From Thermoplasmata archaeon (GTDB lineage Archaea > Thermoplasmatota > Thermoplasmata > Lutacidiplasmatales > UBA184): a stretch of 64,000 nt of DNA. The stretch lies in assembly GCA_035656255.1 (NCBI GenBank), contig DASRSV010000030.1, positions 1,338-65,337 on the forward strand. The letters run 5' to 3'. Both the position numbers and the translations under genes were made by a program. Every line of letters begins with the position of its first letter. Position 1 is the stretch's first letter. The notes beneath the pieces were generated by a model. The model was not told the DNA's origin and did not search any database. It worked only from the letters and a program-made list of their open reading frames with translations. This document shows positions 54,476 through 63,500 of this stretch, one piece after another.

Positions 54476-54904
54476 ATGGTCCGAGTCGTTGACCAAGGGT
54501 CGCACTTCGAGGCGCCGATCGACAAGGTCTGGAAACTGATCGAAGCCCACCAGCACGATATGGACGGGGTCCACCCCGGCAGCAAGAACATCAAGCAGGC
54601 GATGGAGGGACCGAACCAGGCGGTCGCGGCGTGGACCGTCGAGATGAACGGCCGGGACACGCCGATGAAGATCCGCGTCACACCCCTTCCGCCGCTCGGA
54701 CAAGCGATAGAAGTGCTGGAGGGACCGATGGCCGGAAGCAAGTTCATGAACTACTACACGCCGCGGGGGAACAAGACCGAGGTCACCGTCGTCGGCGAGT
54801 TCGCCTCGCCCATGATCCCGGAGTCCCAGCTCGAGGGCGCGGTCCGGCAGTTCCTGAACGACGCCTTCGACCAGGATTCGGCGTACCTCAGGAAGATGAA
54901 GTAG
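54476..54904 (+). CDS. SRPBCC (Bet v1-like) domain protein
   Basis: 142 aa. A start-like FEAPIDKVWKLIEAHQ and overall SRPBCC/AHSA1-like layout. Confidence 0.5.
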   Translation: MVRVVDQGSHFEAPIDKVWKLIEAHQHDMDGVHPGSKNIKQAMEGPNQAVAAWTVEMNGRDTPMKIRVTPLPPLGQAIEVLEGPMAGSKFMNYYTPRGNKTEVTVVGEFASPMIPESQLEGAVRQFLNDAFDQDSAYLRKMK

Positions 54905-54968
54905 ACCGGCGGCACTCGGCCGGCCGAACCCATTCCTCTCGATCCACGCGCCGGGCAGCGCGCGGGCC

Positions 54969-55541
54969 CTAGGCCCGAGCGGCGGGCGCCCTCAGCCGGG
55001 AGGCATACTGCTTACGAAACTTCGCGACCTTCGGCGCCACGACGAACTGGCAGTAAGCCTGGGTCGGGTTGCGACGGAAGTAGTCGTGGTGGTACTCCTC
55101 GGCCGGGTAGAACGTCGTGAGCGGGACAATCTCGGTCACGAGGCGCCGTCGCCAGAGCCCCGCCTCCTCGATCTCCCGCTTGACCGCTTCCGCGGTCGCC
55201 CGCTGCGCGGCGTCCTTGGGGAGGATGATCGACCGGTACTGGGTGCCGGCGTCCGCCCCCTGGCGGTTGAGGGTCGTCGGGTCGTGGACGGTGAAGAAGA
55301 TCCGCAGCAGGTCCGCGTACGAGAGGACGGTCGGGTCGAACGTGATCTGGATGACCTCGGCGTGGCCGGTCGTGCCGGTGCAGACCTCCTCATAGGACGG
55401 ATTCGCCGCCGTCCCCCCGGCGTACCCCGGGACCACCGACCGTACGCCCTCGAGCTCCGCGTAGACCGCTTCGGTGCACCAAAAGCATCCGCCGCCGACG
55501 ACCGCCGACTCCGTTCGGGAGCTGGCGCCGCTGTCCGTCAT
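54969..55541 (-). CDS. msrA: Peptide methionine sulfoxide reductase A
   Basis: GGGCFWCTEA active-site motif. ATG 55541 overlaps the upstream stop as ATGA. Confidence 0.9.
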   Translation of the reverse strand: MTDSGASSRTESAVVGGGCFWCTEAVYAELEGVRSVVPGYAGGTAANPSYEEVCTGTTGHAEVIQITFDPTVLSYADLLRIFFTVHDPTTLNRQGADAGTQYRSIILPKDAAQRATAEAVKREIEEAGLWRRRLVTEIVPLTTFYPAEEYHHDYFRRNPTQAYCQFVVAPKVAKFRKQYASRLRAPAARA

Positions 55542-56104
55542 TGACGGCCGCCTGCCCCCCGGCTGTTGCCGGGGCGGCGCATAGCGCCTCGGGGGGGCAG
55601 GGGACCGAGCACTCCGAACTGCTGCGCCCATTTCGTGGAGAGCTCGTCGCGCCGCGGGTGATACACCCGCTCAAAGAACCCCGACCGCGACTTGAGCGTC
55701 CCCTCGTCCGTCGCCGCGACGATCGCCTCGGCCTCCGCCCACGCGACGCGGAAGTTCGCATCGCTCCCGAACCGGGACGCGACCTGCTTGAGGAACGACT
55801 CCTCGGTCTGTGTCTCTCCGCCGATCGTGAACATGGGCGTAGCGTGGTTCGGGTCGCGGGGCGCCTCGTCGTCGCCGAGCTGGAAGAACCTGGGCCCCGC
55901 GGACGGGCCCGTCCCGCTCCCCTCGCCGCTCCCGCCCTCTCCTCCTCCACGGAAGCCACGCTTCGCCGCGGCGTAGAAGATCGCCCGATTGAGCCCCCAG
56001 GAATAGGCGGACTCCCGAGCCAAGCCGAGGCGGGCGGCACGCGCCGCCTGGAGCATCGCCATCACGGTGAACCGAGTGATTCGAGGGGGGCGGGCGAGGG
56101 CCAC
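55538..56104 (-). CDS. Hypothetical protein with a Gly-rich linker, translationally coupled to msrA
   Basis: 188 aa ORF ending in ATGA overlap with msrA. No recognisable motifs. Confidence 0.35.
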   Translation of the reverse strand: MALARPPRITRFTVMAMLQAARAARLGLARESAYSWGLNRAIFYAAAKRGFRGGGEGGSGEGSGTGPSAGPRFFQLGDDEAPRDPNHATPMFTIGGETQTEESFLKQVASRFGSDANFRVAWAEAEAIVAATDEGTLKSRSGFFERVYHPRRDELSTKWAQQFGVLGPLPPRGAMRRPGNSRGAGGRQ

Positions 56105-56181
56105 CTATACCACCGACCGCGCCGGGGGAAGGCCGGCCCCGTTCGGGAGATCTGGAATCGGCTCGGGATCCGCGGGCGTCG

Positions 56182-56550
56182 TCACGACCCCGTCCGGTCG
56201 AGCGCCGCCGCCGCTCGGATCATCCGGGCCAACGACGCGCGCTCCGCATCCTTCAGGCTCCGGACCTTGACGTGACGAAGCGATTTCCCCGTCCCCTCGA
56301 TCTCGGGGAACCGCGGCGCGAGCTCAGCACCTCGGAAGAATCCGAGGTTAATGTGGTCACGGTGGAGCATGAGGTAGATCGCGTTGGACCGGCCGGACCA
56401 CACCGGATTGCCCCAGAGGAAGCGCTCCTGCAGCCCCGGGGCGTGGGTCCGGATCAAGCGCAACAGCTGCCGCCCGATCGGCCGCAGATCGCGATCCAGG
56501 CCGTCGATGGCCGCCCGGGCGCGGACGTCCCGACCGGCTGTCGGCGCCAT
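56182..56550 (-). CDS. DUF1801 (YdhG-like) domain protein
   Basis: IRAAAALD and overall YdhG-like pattern. ATG 56550. Confidence 0.45.
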   Translation of the reverse strand: MAPTAGRDVRARAAIDGLDRDLRPIGRQLLRLIRTHAPGLQERFLWGNPVWSGRSNAIYLMLHRDHINLGFFRGAELAPRFPEIEGTGKSLRHVKVRSLKDAERASLARMIRAAAALDRTGS

Positions 56551-56660
56551 CCCGCCCTCGTACGCCTCGGGAGCACATCCCGTTGCTGTTCCGGCCGCGG
56601 CCCGACCGGGCTGCTCGCGAGACGAGAGCCCTTCGGCGGCGTCCACCCGCTCTCGATCGC

Positions 56661-58004
56661 TCAGGATGCTCGGGGGCGGGCGGCGATGACCTCGCGCGCC
56701 GCCCGATAGCCGGTTTCGATCGCCCCGTGGACGGTAGCGGAGTCGCCTCCGTCATGGGCCGCCTCACCGGCGAAGAAGAGACGCCGCTCGAGCGGCTCCG
56801 CGAGACGGGTCCGTTCCTCGAGTCGGCAGCCCACCCCCAGAAACGAGTAGGCGCCGAGCGCGTACGGGTCACGTATCCACCGGCGGATCGCGGTTCGCCG
56901 CGGCGCCCCGACCGAGGGTCCCTCCGGTGCGACCGACCGCAGCTCGTCGAGCGTGCTGGCGATCAGCTCGGGGTCGGCGAGGTCCGTGCGACGAACCGCC
57001 TCGCGGCCGGTCGTGAACGCCGAGAGGACCACGTCCCCCCCGTCGACCCGCGGGAGCGACCGGAGGAAGGTGCTCGCGGTTCCCGCCCAGAGGAGGACCG
57101 TCGTCCGAAGCGTGCGCGGGAGGTCCTCGCGGCGAAACCGTAGGTGGACGGTCATCGCATCGCCGAAGGAGATCGCCCGAACGGCGCGTTGCTTGGTCTC
57201 GGGAAGCTCGGGAGTGAACGCGATCGCCCCGACCTTCAGGACCGACAGCGGTACGGTCACCACGACGGCCCGCGTCCGGAATTCGCTCGGTGCGTCAGGG
57301 CCGGCTTCGACCCCGACGCGCACCTCGGGTGAGCTCCAGTCGATCGTGCGGACCGGCGAGGAGCGTCGCAGCCGGTCCCCGAGCTGGGCGGCGCGCCGCT
57401 CCATGAGCGTCGAGTATCCCTCCGCGACCCGGTAGTTGTGGAACCCGAACCGCTCGCGCTCGCGTCCGACCTCCTCGGCCGGGCCGATGACGCCGAGGCG
57501 GTCCGCATCCGTGGCGTAGGTGTGGCAGCTCAGAAGGTCGGAAAGCAGGCGGGCCGCGGGCCCGGGGCGCGCCCGGTCCATGAACTCCCCCCAGGAGAGA
57601 TCCGGACCGGAGTACTCTCGGCGGGCGCGCGGGAGGCGCCGCGTGGCGTCGAGGTAGGCGCGGGTCCCGAACGTCGGATGGAACGGAAGGACGAGGTAGG
57701 GCGTCGAGGCGAATCGATCCCCGACGCGAAACACCGCCCGCTGGGTAGTACGGAACCGATACGCGCGCAGCCCGAGCTCACGCACCCACCGGTGGGTGAC
57801 GACGTGCCGCCCGTGGATCATGAGGGCCCCCTGCTCCACGGGGACCCCCCCCGCGATCTCGAAGTTGGTGTGGGCCCGGCCTCCGACCCGGTCGGAGGCC
57901 TCGAGGACGATCACGCCGACGCCGGCCCGTTGGAGCTCCGTGGCGCAGGCGAGGCCCGCCGGCCCCGCGCCGACGACGATCGCGTCGACGCTCGGAGCGG
58001 CCAC
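56661..58004 (-). CDS. FAD-dependent amine oxidase / protoporphyrinogen-oxidase-like flavoprotein
   Basis: GxGxxG dinucleotide-binding motif IVVGAGPAGLACA...VLEASDRVGGR at the N-terminus. 447 aa. Confidence 0.75.
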   Translation of the reverse strand: MAAPSVDAIVVGAGPAGLACATELQRAGVGVIVLEASDRVGGRAHTNFEIAGGVPVEQGALMIHGRHVVTHRWVRELGLRAYRFRTTQRAVFRVGDRFASTPYLVLPFHPTFGTRAYLDATRRLPRARREYSGPDLSWGEFMDRARPGPAARLLSDLLSCHTYATDADRLGVIGPAEEVGRERERFGFHNYRVAEGYSTLMERRAAQLGDRLRRSSPVRTIDWSSPEVRVGVEAGPDAPSEFRTRAVVVTVPLSVLKVGAIAFTPELPETKQRAVRAISFGDAMTVHLRFRREDLPRTLRTTVLLWAGTASTFLRSLPRVDGGDVVLSAFTTGREAVRRTDLADPELIASTLDELRSVAPEGPSVGAPRRTAIRRWIRDPYALGAYSFLGVGCRLEERTRLAEPLERRLFFAGEAAHDGGDSATVHGAIETGYRAAREVIAARPRAS

Positions 58005-58093
58005 CGGTACCTGCGACGAGGGGGCCAGAGCGCCCTACCCCCCGACCCCACGAGCGGAGGGCCGGGCGGCGGAGCTCGTCGCCCACCCTCGCG

Positions 58094-58552
58094 CTATCGA
58101 ACCAGCTCCTTCGCCATGATGCGGTTCGTCGTCCGGTACCCCAGCTTCTCGTAGAGTCCGATCGCGTTCGCGTTGTGCCCGAAGACGTGAAGGGCGATCG
58201 ACGTCGCTCCGCGGATCCGAGCGAACTCCTCCGCCGCCCGCATCGCTTCGGCGGCGAAGCCTCGACGCCGGTACCTCGGGTACACCTCGAGATCGTACAC
58301 GTACGCGCCCGGGGATCCGTCGGCGCGGCGGTCCGCGACCCAGAGGTGCCCCACCGCGTCGCCGACGCCGTCGGCGCGGATCTGGAACAGGAACTGACCA
58401 GGGGTCTCCACGCCCGTCGGGAGGAGACGGTCGAACTCCGCCCGGGCCCGGTCGATCGAGCCGGCTTCCTCCCACCGGCCGGAGCGTACGTGCTCGGCGG
58501 CATACTGTCGGATCGCCGGCTCGATGTACCCGCGGAACTGCTCCGCCGTCAT
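58094..58552 (-). CDS. GNAT-family N-acetyltransferase
   Basis: RRRGFAAEAMRAAEEFA (acetyl-CoA-binding motif A, R-x-x-G-x-A). Confidence 0.75.
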   Translation of the reverse strand: MTAEQFRGYIEPAIRQYAAEHVRSGRWEEAGSIDRARAEFDRLLPTGVETPGQFLFQIRADGVGDAVGHLWVADRRADGSPGAYVYDLEVYPRYRRRGFAAEAMRAAEEFARIRGATSIALHVFGHNANAIGLYEKLGYRTTNRIMAKELVR

Positions 58553-58590
58553 CGGCTCGAGGAGGACGCCGGGCGGAACGGTACACCCCC

Positions 58591-58944
58591 TCAGGCGCGC
58601 TTCGCCTTCGGCGCGAGCTTGCCCGCGAACTTGAGCGAGCGCTCAACCCAACCGGACGCCCGCTTGGGGTCGCCCAAGACCGACGGGGGAAGCACCACGT
58701 ATTCGGACATCGGGCGCCCTGGCATCGGCTCGAGCGGATGCGCTCCCGCGACCTTCCCGAGCTCCGCACGGTCGGTCTCGGCGAGACGCACGAACACCTC
58801 GTCGCCGTACACGCCGAAGAATAGGTTGCCGTTCACGAAGGCCGCCGGCTGGCCGAACATCTTGCGGACCGCGACATTCGGCTTCTGGGGTCGGAGGGCG
58901 TCGAACCGTGCGACCGCCTCCGGCGCGGACTTCGGGATCTTCAT
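58591..58944 (-). CDS. TfoX N-terminal-domain-like small protein (paralog of 48164)
   Basis: VRKMFGQPAAFVNGNLFFGVYGDEVFVRL. ATG 58944; the ORF-track extension to 59265 is rejected. Confidence 0.55.
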   Translation of the reverse strand: MKIPKSAPEAVARFDALRPQKPNVAVRKMFGQPAAFVNGNLFFGVYGDEVFVRLAETDRAELGKVAGAHPLEPMPGRPMSEYVVLPPSVLGDPKRASGWVERSLKFAGKLAPKAKRA

Positions 58945-59043
58945 CGGCGTCCCCCGAGGGTCCGCCCGGAGGATGAAGCCTCCCGGGGCGCCCGCGCGAG
59001 TAAATACAGGAGGGCGTTCGTCCCCTTGGGAGCCACGAGAACA

Positions 59044-59838
59044 ATGAGCTTGAGCGTTCGCAGCGTAACGGTCGGATGCCTCGCGGTGCTCGTCCTCGCC
59101 TACGCTGCGCCGGGCCTCGCCCTCGCGACGGGCAGCGTTCATCGCGGCCTCATCATGCACGGGACGACGACGTCGTCCAGCACCAACTGGGCCGGTTACG
59201 CGGTGACCTCGGGACGACACACGGTCACGGATGTGAAAGGCTCCTGGATCGTTCCCTCGATCCACGGTTCGTGCCCGTCATCGAACCAGTACTCGTCGTT
59301 CTGGGTCGGGATCGACGGCTTCAGCAGCTCGACCGTCGAGCAGACAGGAACGGACTCCGACTGCCAGAGCGGCAGCGCGGTCTACTACGCGTGGTACGAG
59401 TTCTTCCCGAAGCCCTCGCATCTCATCACGACGCTCACGGTCTCGGCAGGGGACACGATCAGCGCTGAGGTCTCGTTTGCCGGCACCTCGTTCAAGGCGA
59501 CGATCAAGGACGTGACGACCGGAAAGTCGTTCTCGACCTCGGCGAACGTCAAGGCACAACGGAATTCGGCGGAGTGGATCGCCGAGGCGCCGTCCGGGAG
59601 CGGTGGGATCCTTCCGCTCGCCGATTTCGGTAACGTCTCCTTCGGCACGGATTACACGAGCGTCGCGAGCACGAACGACGCGACGATCTCGGGATCGACG
59701 CACGTCATCGGGGGCTTCACGAACATCCAGCTCATCGATATGATCAACAATGCCGGCACCGCGGCGAAAGCGACGCCGTCGGCGTTATCGACGGACGGGT
59801 CGAGCTTTACCGTCGCCTGGAACAGCGCGGGTCCATAG
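59044..59838 (+). CDS. Secreted peptidase-G1 (eqolisin/scytalidoglutamic peptidase)-like protein
   Basis: Signal peptide. NWAGYAV, SWIVP, SFWVGIDG, VEQTG, YYAWYEFFP, EWIAEAP and LADFGNVSF are the conserved G1-family blocks in order. Confidence 0.6.
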   Translation: MSLSVRSVTVGCLAVLVLAYAAPGLALATGSVHRGLIMHGTTTSSSTNWAGYAVTSGRHTVTDVKGSWIVPSIHGSCPSSNQYSSFWVGIDGFSSSTVEQTGTDSDCQSGSAVYYAWYEFFPKPSHLITTLTVSAGDTISAEVSFAGTSFKATIKDVTTGKSFSTSANVKAQRNSAEWIAEAPSGSGGILPLADFGNVSFGTDYTSVASTNDATISGSTHVIGGFTNIQLIDMINNAGTAAKATPSALSTDGSSFTVAWNSAGP

Positions 59839-59874
59839 CGCCGAGCATCCGCGGCCGCCGCGCCCTCGCCCCAA

Positions 59875-60345
59875 TCAGCGGCCCTTTCGGTCCTCGCCGA
59901 TCGCCCGGGCGATCCGGCGCCACGCGGCCGCGTCCTCGGTCCGGATCCGCTGGGCGAACGCGCGCAACGACGCGGGCGTCGGGCGGCGGCGGTGTCGCTC
60001 GAACTGAAGGCCCGTGAACCGAAAGCGCGAGGACCCCCGGGGCCCGGCCCTCAGTTCGTAGAGGAACTGCGAGTGCGTGGTGGGGCCGGTGATGTGGGTC
60101 GAGGTCCAGAGCAATCGGTCAGGGTACAGGCGCACCAGTTTCGTCTTTACGACTGGGCCACCGGAGTGTCGAAACGTATCGATGAGGAGGATCGTCGAAG
60201 GGTCGAGCACCGTCACGCTGCGGCGTCCGTCCTCGCCCATCAGATCCAGGTCGCTCGGCCGATAGTCGGTCAGCCACTCGAACGCCGCTCGGGGCGGCGC
60301 CGGGATCGCTTGCTCGAACCGGTAGGCGACGGACCACGGCCACAT
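59875..60345 (-). CDS. SRPBCC-family protein
   Basis: 157 aa. Polyketide-cyclase/START-like pattern. Confidence 0.45.
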   Translation of the reverse strand: MWPWSVAYRFEQAIPAPPRAAFEWLTDYRPSDLDLMGEDGRRSVTVLDPSTILLIDTFRHSGGPVVKTKLVRLYPDRLLWTSTHITGPTTHSQFLYELRAGPRGSSRFRFTGLQFERHRRRPTPASLRAFAQRIRTEDAAAWRRIARAIGEDRKGR

Positions 60346-61147
60346 CGGCGCGCGCGAGTTGCCGCCCACGATTACCGTGTCGGGCAGCGGTGGGCGTGCC
60401 GGCGCGACGGTCGCTCAATGGCCCGACCACCAGCGGGCCCTCGTGCCACTGCCACGGCGGCGCCTCGCGCCCCCTCGCGGGATTCGGCGACGAACGTATG
60501 AGGGCGGTGCATGATACGGTCTGTCAGACACATGGTTCGGGATTCCACGGCGAGGGCGAGCCCGGCTCGGAGAATCGGCTCGATCAATCGGCGCCGGGTG
60601 GCGGCGGCGGTGTCCGCCGCGGCAATCCTGCTCGTCGGATTCGCCGCGATCGGTGCGGCGGGCGCTTCGGCGACCGGCCCGCGGTCCGCCGGCCTCAGGA
60701 GCGGTACGGCCGTACTCGTTTCGGCGTCCGCGGTCCCCCTGGCCTGGGGACCCCCAGCCCTTCACTACCGAACCCTCGCGGTCGCGCATCCGCTCGGGAG
60801 CACCTCGGCTCCGGCGACGGTAGCACCGTTCAGCTCCAGTCTCTCCGCGGCTTCTCCCGCCATCGGCGGGACGGTCACAATGGGTGCCGGTGGAGGCTTC
60901 GCGCCGATGATGCACTGTTCCCACATGGCGCAGACCCAGGACTCGAGCACTCTCGGTACCGCTCGATAGTCCCGAGGTCTGCCCCCTAGGGGCGCCTCCG
61001 TCGGTGCGATCCACGTCCCGCGGGAACGGCGTCGCCCGCCCAGGGAGGAGCGTCCGATCTCCGCCCCGCGACGGGACGTTCGCACGGCGACGTTTCGAGG
61101 AGCATCCCTCATGTGGTCCGTTGAATCGAGCCGGTGGCCTCGAGCCC

Positions 61148-61897
61148 ATGGCGGGTCGGAAGAAATCCAGGGGAACCCCCGACGGGAGTGCCATCACCCT
61201 CGTCATCGACATCGGTGGAACGCACGTCAAGTTGTACACGTCACGCCGAACGACCGGCACGAAATTCCCGTCGGGTCCGAAGATGACCCCGTCGGAGTTC
61301 CTAACGCGGTTCCGGAAGCAGACCCATTACTGGCGCTACGGTCGGGTGTCGATCGGATACCCGGGTCCGGTGTTCCACGGTCGACCGGTCGCGAACCCTC
61401 CGAACCTCGGGAAGGGCTGGACGGGATTCCAATTCGGCCGCGCCCTCCGCCGGCCGGTCCGGATCGTGAACGACGCGGTGCTCCAGGCGATCGGCGCCTA
61501 CCGCGGTGGCCGGATGCTGTTCCTCGGGTTCGGCACGGGGCTCGGAACGGCCCTCATCGTCGACGGCCGTGTCGAAGCGATGGAGATCGGCCACCTGCCG
61601 TTCCGCAAGGGGCGGAGCTACGAGGATTATGTCGGTGAGCGGGGGCTCCTTCGGCTTGGGAAGCGGCGGTGGCGCCGAAAGGTGTTCACCGTGATCGAGG
61701 AGTTTCGGGCCGCTTTGGAACCGGAGTACGTCGTGGTGGGCGGTGGGAATGCGGCGCTGCTCCGACAGCTCCCTCCCAAAACGGCGCGGGTCGATAACCG
61801 GGCCGGCTTCACCGGCGGGCTGCGGCTCTGGGAGACGGAGATCGGGGGAGGTCATCTCGACCTCGGCCGGCCGTCGTCGGGCTCTCCGCGGGCGTAG
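61148..61897 (+). CDS. ROK-family / polyphosphate-glucokinase-like sugar kinase
   Basis: LVIDIGGTHVKL (ASKHA phosphate-1 motif) and VNDAVLQAIG. Confidence 0.65.
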   Translation: MAGRKKSRGTPDGSAITLVIDIGGTHVKLYTSRRTTGTKFPSGPKMTPSEFLTRFRKQTHYWRYGRVSIGYPGPVFHGRPVANPPNLGKGWTGFQFGRALRRPVRIVNDAVLQAIGAYRGGRMLFLGFGTGLGTALIVDGRVEAMEIGHLPFRKGRSYEDYVGERGLLRLGKRRWRRKVFTVIEEFRAALEPEYVVVGGGNAALLRQLPPKTARVDNRAGFTGGLRLWETEIGGGHLDLGRPSSGSPRA

Positions 61898-61968
61898 CGC
61901 TCCGCCGTGGCTCCGCCGATCCGCACGACGGCATCAAGCAGATATCGGTCCGACCGGCTCTCCCCCCG

Positions 61969-62382
61969 ATGGCTCCTCCCCGACTCCGGTTCGGTTACGC
62001 AGGGATCCGCGTCCGCGACCTGCGCCGTTCGCTCGCGTTCTACCGCGGCATGGGATTCCGCATCCACCGTCGGGGGAAGATGGAGCACGGCGGCGAGTGG
62101 GTCCACTTACGCTACGGTCGACAGATGCAGAAGCTCGAACTGAACTTCTATCCGCCCGGGAGCCGATTCCATGAGCCGTACCGCGCGGGGACCGAACTCG
62201 ACCATCTCGGATTCTTCACTTCGGACGTCGACTACTGGGTCCAGCGGGCGCGGAGGCTCGGTGCGACCGTCGCCGTCGATTTTTCCGAGACGCGCGAGCG
62301 GCTCGCCTACGTCCGCGACCCGAACGGGATCTGGATCGAGTTCTGCGGACCCCCCCGTGCGGCCAAACGACCGGCGAAGTAG
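61969..62382 (+). CDS. VOC-family protein (paralog of 39432)
   Basis: LRFGYAGIRVRDLRRSLAFY...LELNFYPPGSRF...LDHLGF is near-identical in motif set to the 39432 ORF. Confidence 0.7.
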   Translation: MAPPRLRFGYAGIRVRDLRRSLAFYRGMGFRIHRRGKMEHGGEWVHLRYGRQMQKLELNFYPPGSRFHEPYRAGTELDHLGFFTSDVDYWVQRARRLGATVAVDFSETRERLAYVRDPNGIWIEFCGPPRAAKRPAK

Positions 62383-62531
62383 TCGGATCGCGCCGAACGG
62401 GCCGGCCGAAAAGCGCGGAGTCCTTCGTCCGTGAGCTCCGCCTCGGGCACGGACCACCATCCCGCGACCGGATGCCCTCCGTGGACCCCGTATTCGGGGG
62501 TTTGAAATACGAAAAGTCCGATGCGCCCGCG

Positions 62532-63416
62532 ATGGCGCAAACGGGAACGGTCGCTCCCCCTCCCGAAGCCGTTCGTCAGGGCGTCGGACGGGGCGTGGCC
62601 GTAGCGGTGGTGGTCGTCGTAGGCGTGGCGGCGCTGGGCGCCGGCATCGAGATCGGTCGAACCGTCCTCGCCCCCAGTACGAGCTCGAAGGCCCACTTTC
62701 TGATCGTCGGGACGAACATCCCGTTCCCGCCGTTCGAGAACTTCAACACGACGACGGGCCTCTACGAGGGATTCGACATCAACTTCTCCGCCATGGTCGC
62801 GTTCGCAGCGCACCGGACGCTCGTTATCCAGAACTATGCGGACTTCGGGGTCCTCCTGCTGGACGCGGGGAAGGGGGCGGTCGATATGGCCGCCTCGGCG
62901 ATCACGATGTCGGGCAGCGCGGGAGCGACCCGGAACGGGACCATGTCGTTCTCGATCCCGTACTACAACGCGAACCAGGCCGTACTTGTCCGGAGCGGCA
63001 GCACGTTGAGCTGTCCGAGCAACACCTGTACCCAGGTTCAGCTCGAGTCGCTCATCGTCGGGGTCCAGTCGGGAACGACGAGCGAGACGTGGGCGAACAC
63101 GTACCTCGCGCCGAACATGTCGAACCCGACGAACCAGCTCAAGCACTTCACGACGGTCGATGTGGAGATCGCCTCGCTCTCGGCCGGCGCGCTGGACGCG
63201 GTCATCATCGACAACCCGATCGCCACCTCCTACGCCGGCGGCTCCGGTGGGAAGCTCAAGGTCGCGGGCCAGATCATCACCGGCGAGCTGTACGGGTTCG
63301 CCGTGGCCCACGGCGACCCGGAGGGCCTCGTGCCGATCATCAACAGCGTCATCGCGCAGTCGATGACGAACGGGACGTACCAAAAGCTCATCTCCGAGTG
63401 GTTCGGCCACCCGTAG
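62532..63416 (+). CDS. Polar amino-acid ABC transporter substrate-binding protein
   Basis: SBP_bac_3-like layout (VDMAASAITMSGSAGATRNG; DAVIIDNPIA). N-terminal hydrophobic anchor. Confidence 0.65.
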   Translation: MAQTGTVAPPPEAVRQGVGRGVAVAVVVVVGVAALGAGIEIGRTVLAPSTSSKAHFLIVGTNIPFPPFENFNTTTGLYEGFDINFSAMVAFAAHRTLVIQNYADFGVLLLDAGKGAVDMAASAITMSGSAGATRNGTMSFSIPYYNANQAVLVRSGSTLSCPSNTCTQVQLESLIVGVQSGTTSETWANTYLAPNMSNPTNQLKHFTTVDVEIASLSAGALDAVIIDNPIATSYAGGSGGKLKVAGQIITGELYGFAVAHGDPEGLVPIINSVIAQSMTNGTYQKLISEWFGHP

Positions 63417-63500
63417 GGTCCCGCCCGCGGAGGGAGCGGTCCTCGCGCGGGAAGGAGGGGGAGGGTCGCGGACCGGGTACGGCTCCCGTCGCGTGTCGCC

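Noticed and set aside
60532-60969. ORF 60511-60969 as a real secreted protein
   Set aside because: It has a hydrophobic N-terminal segment but otherwise low-complexity Ala/Ser/Gly sequence with no motifs. Evidence is too weak for an annotation, so it is treated as a low-confidence hypothetical.
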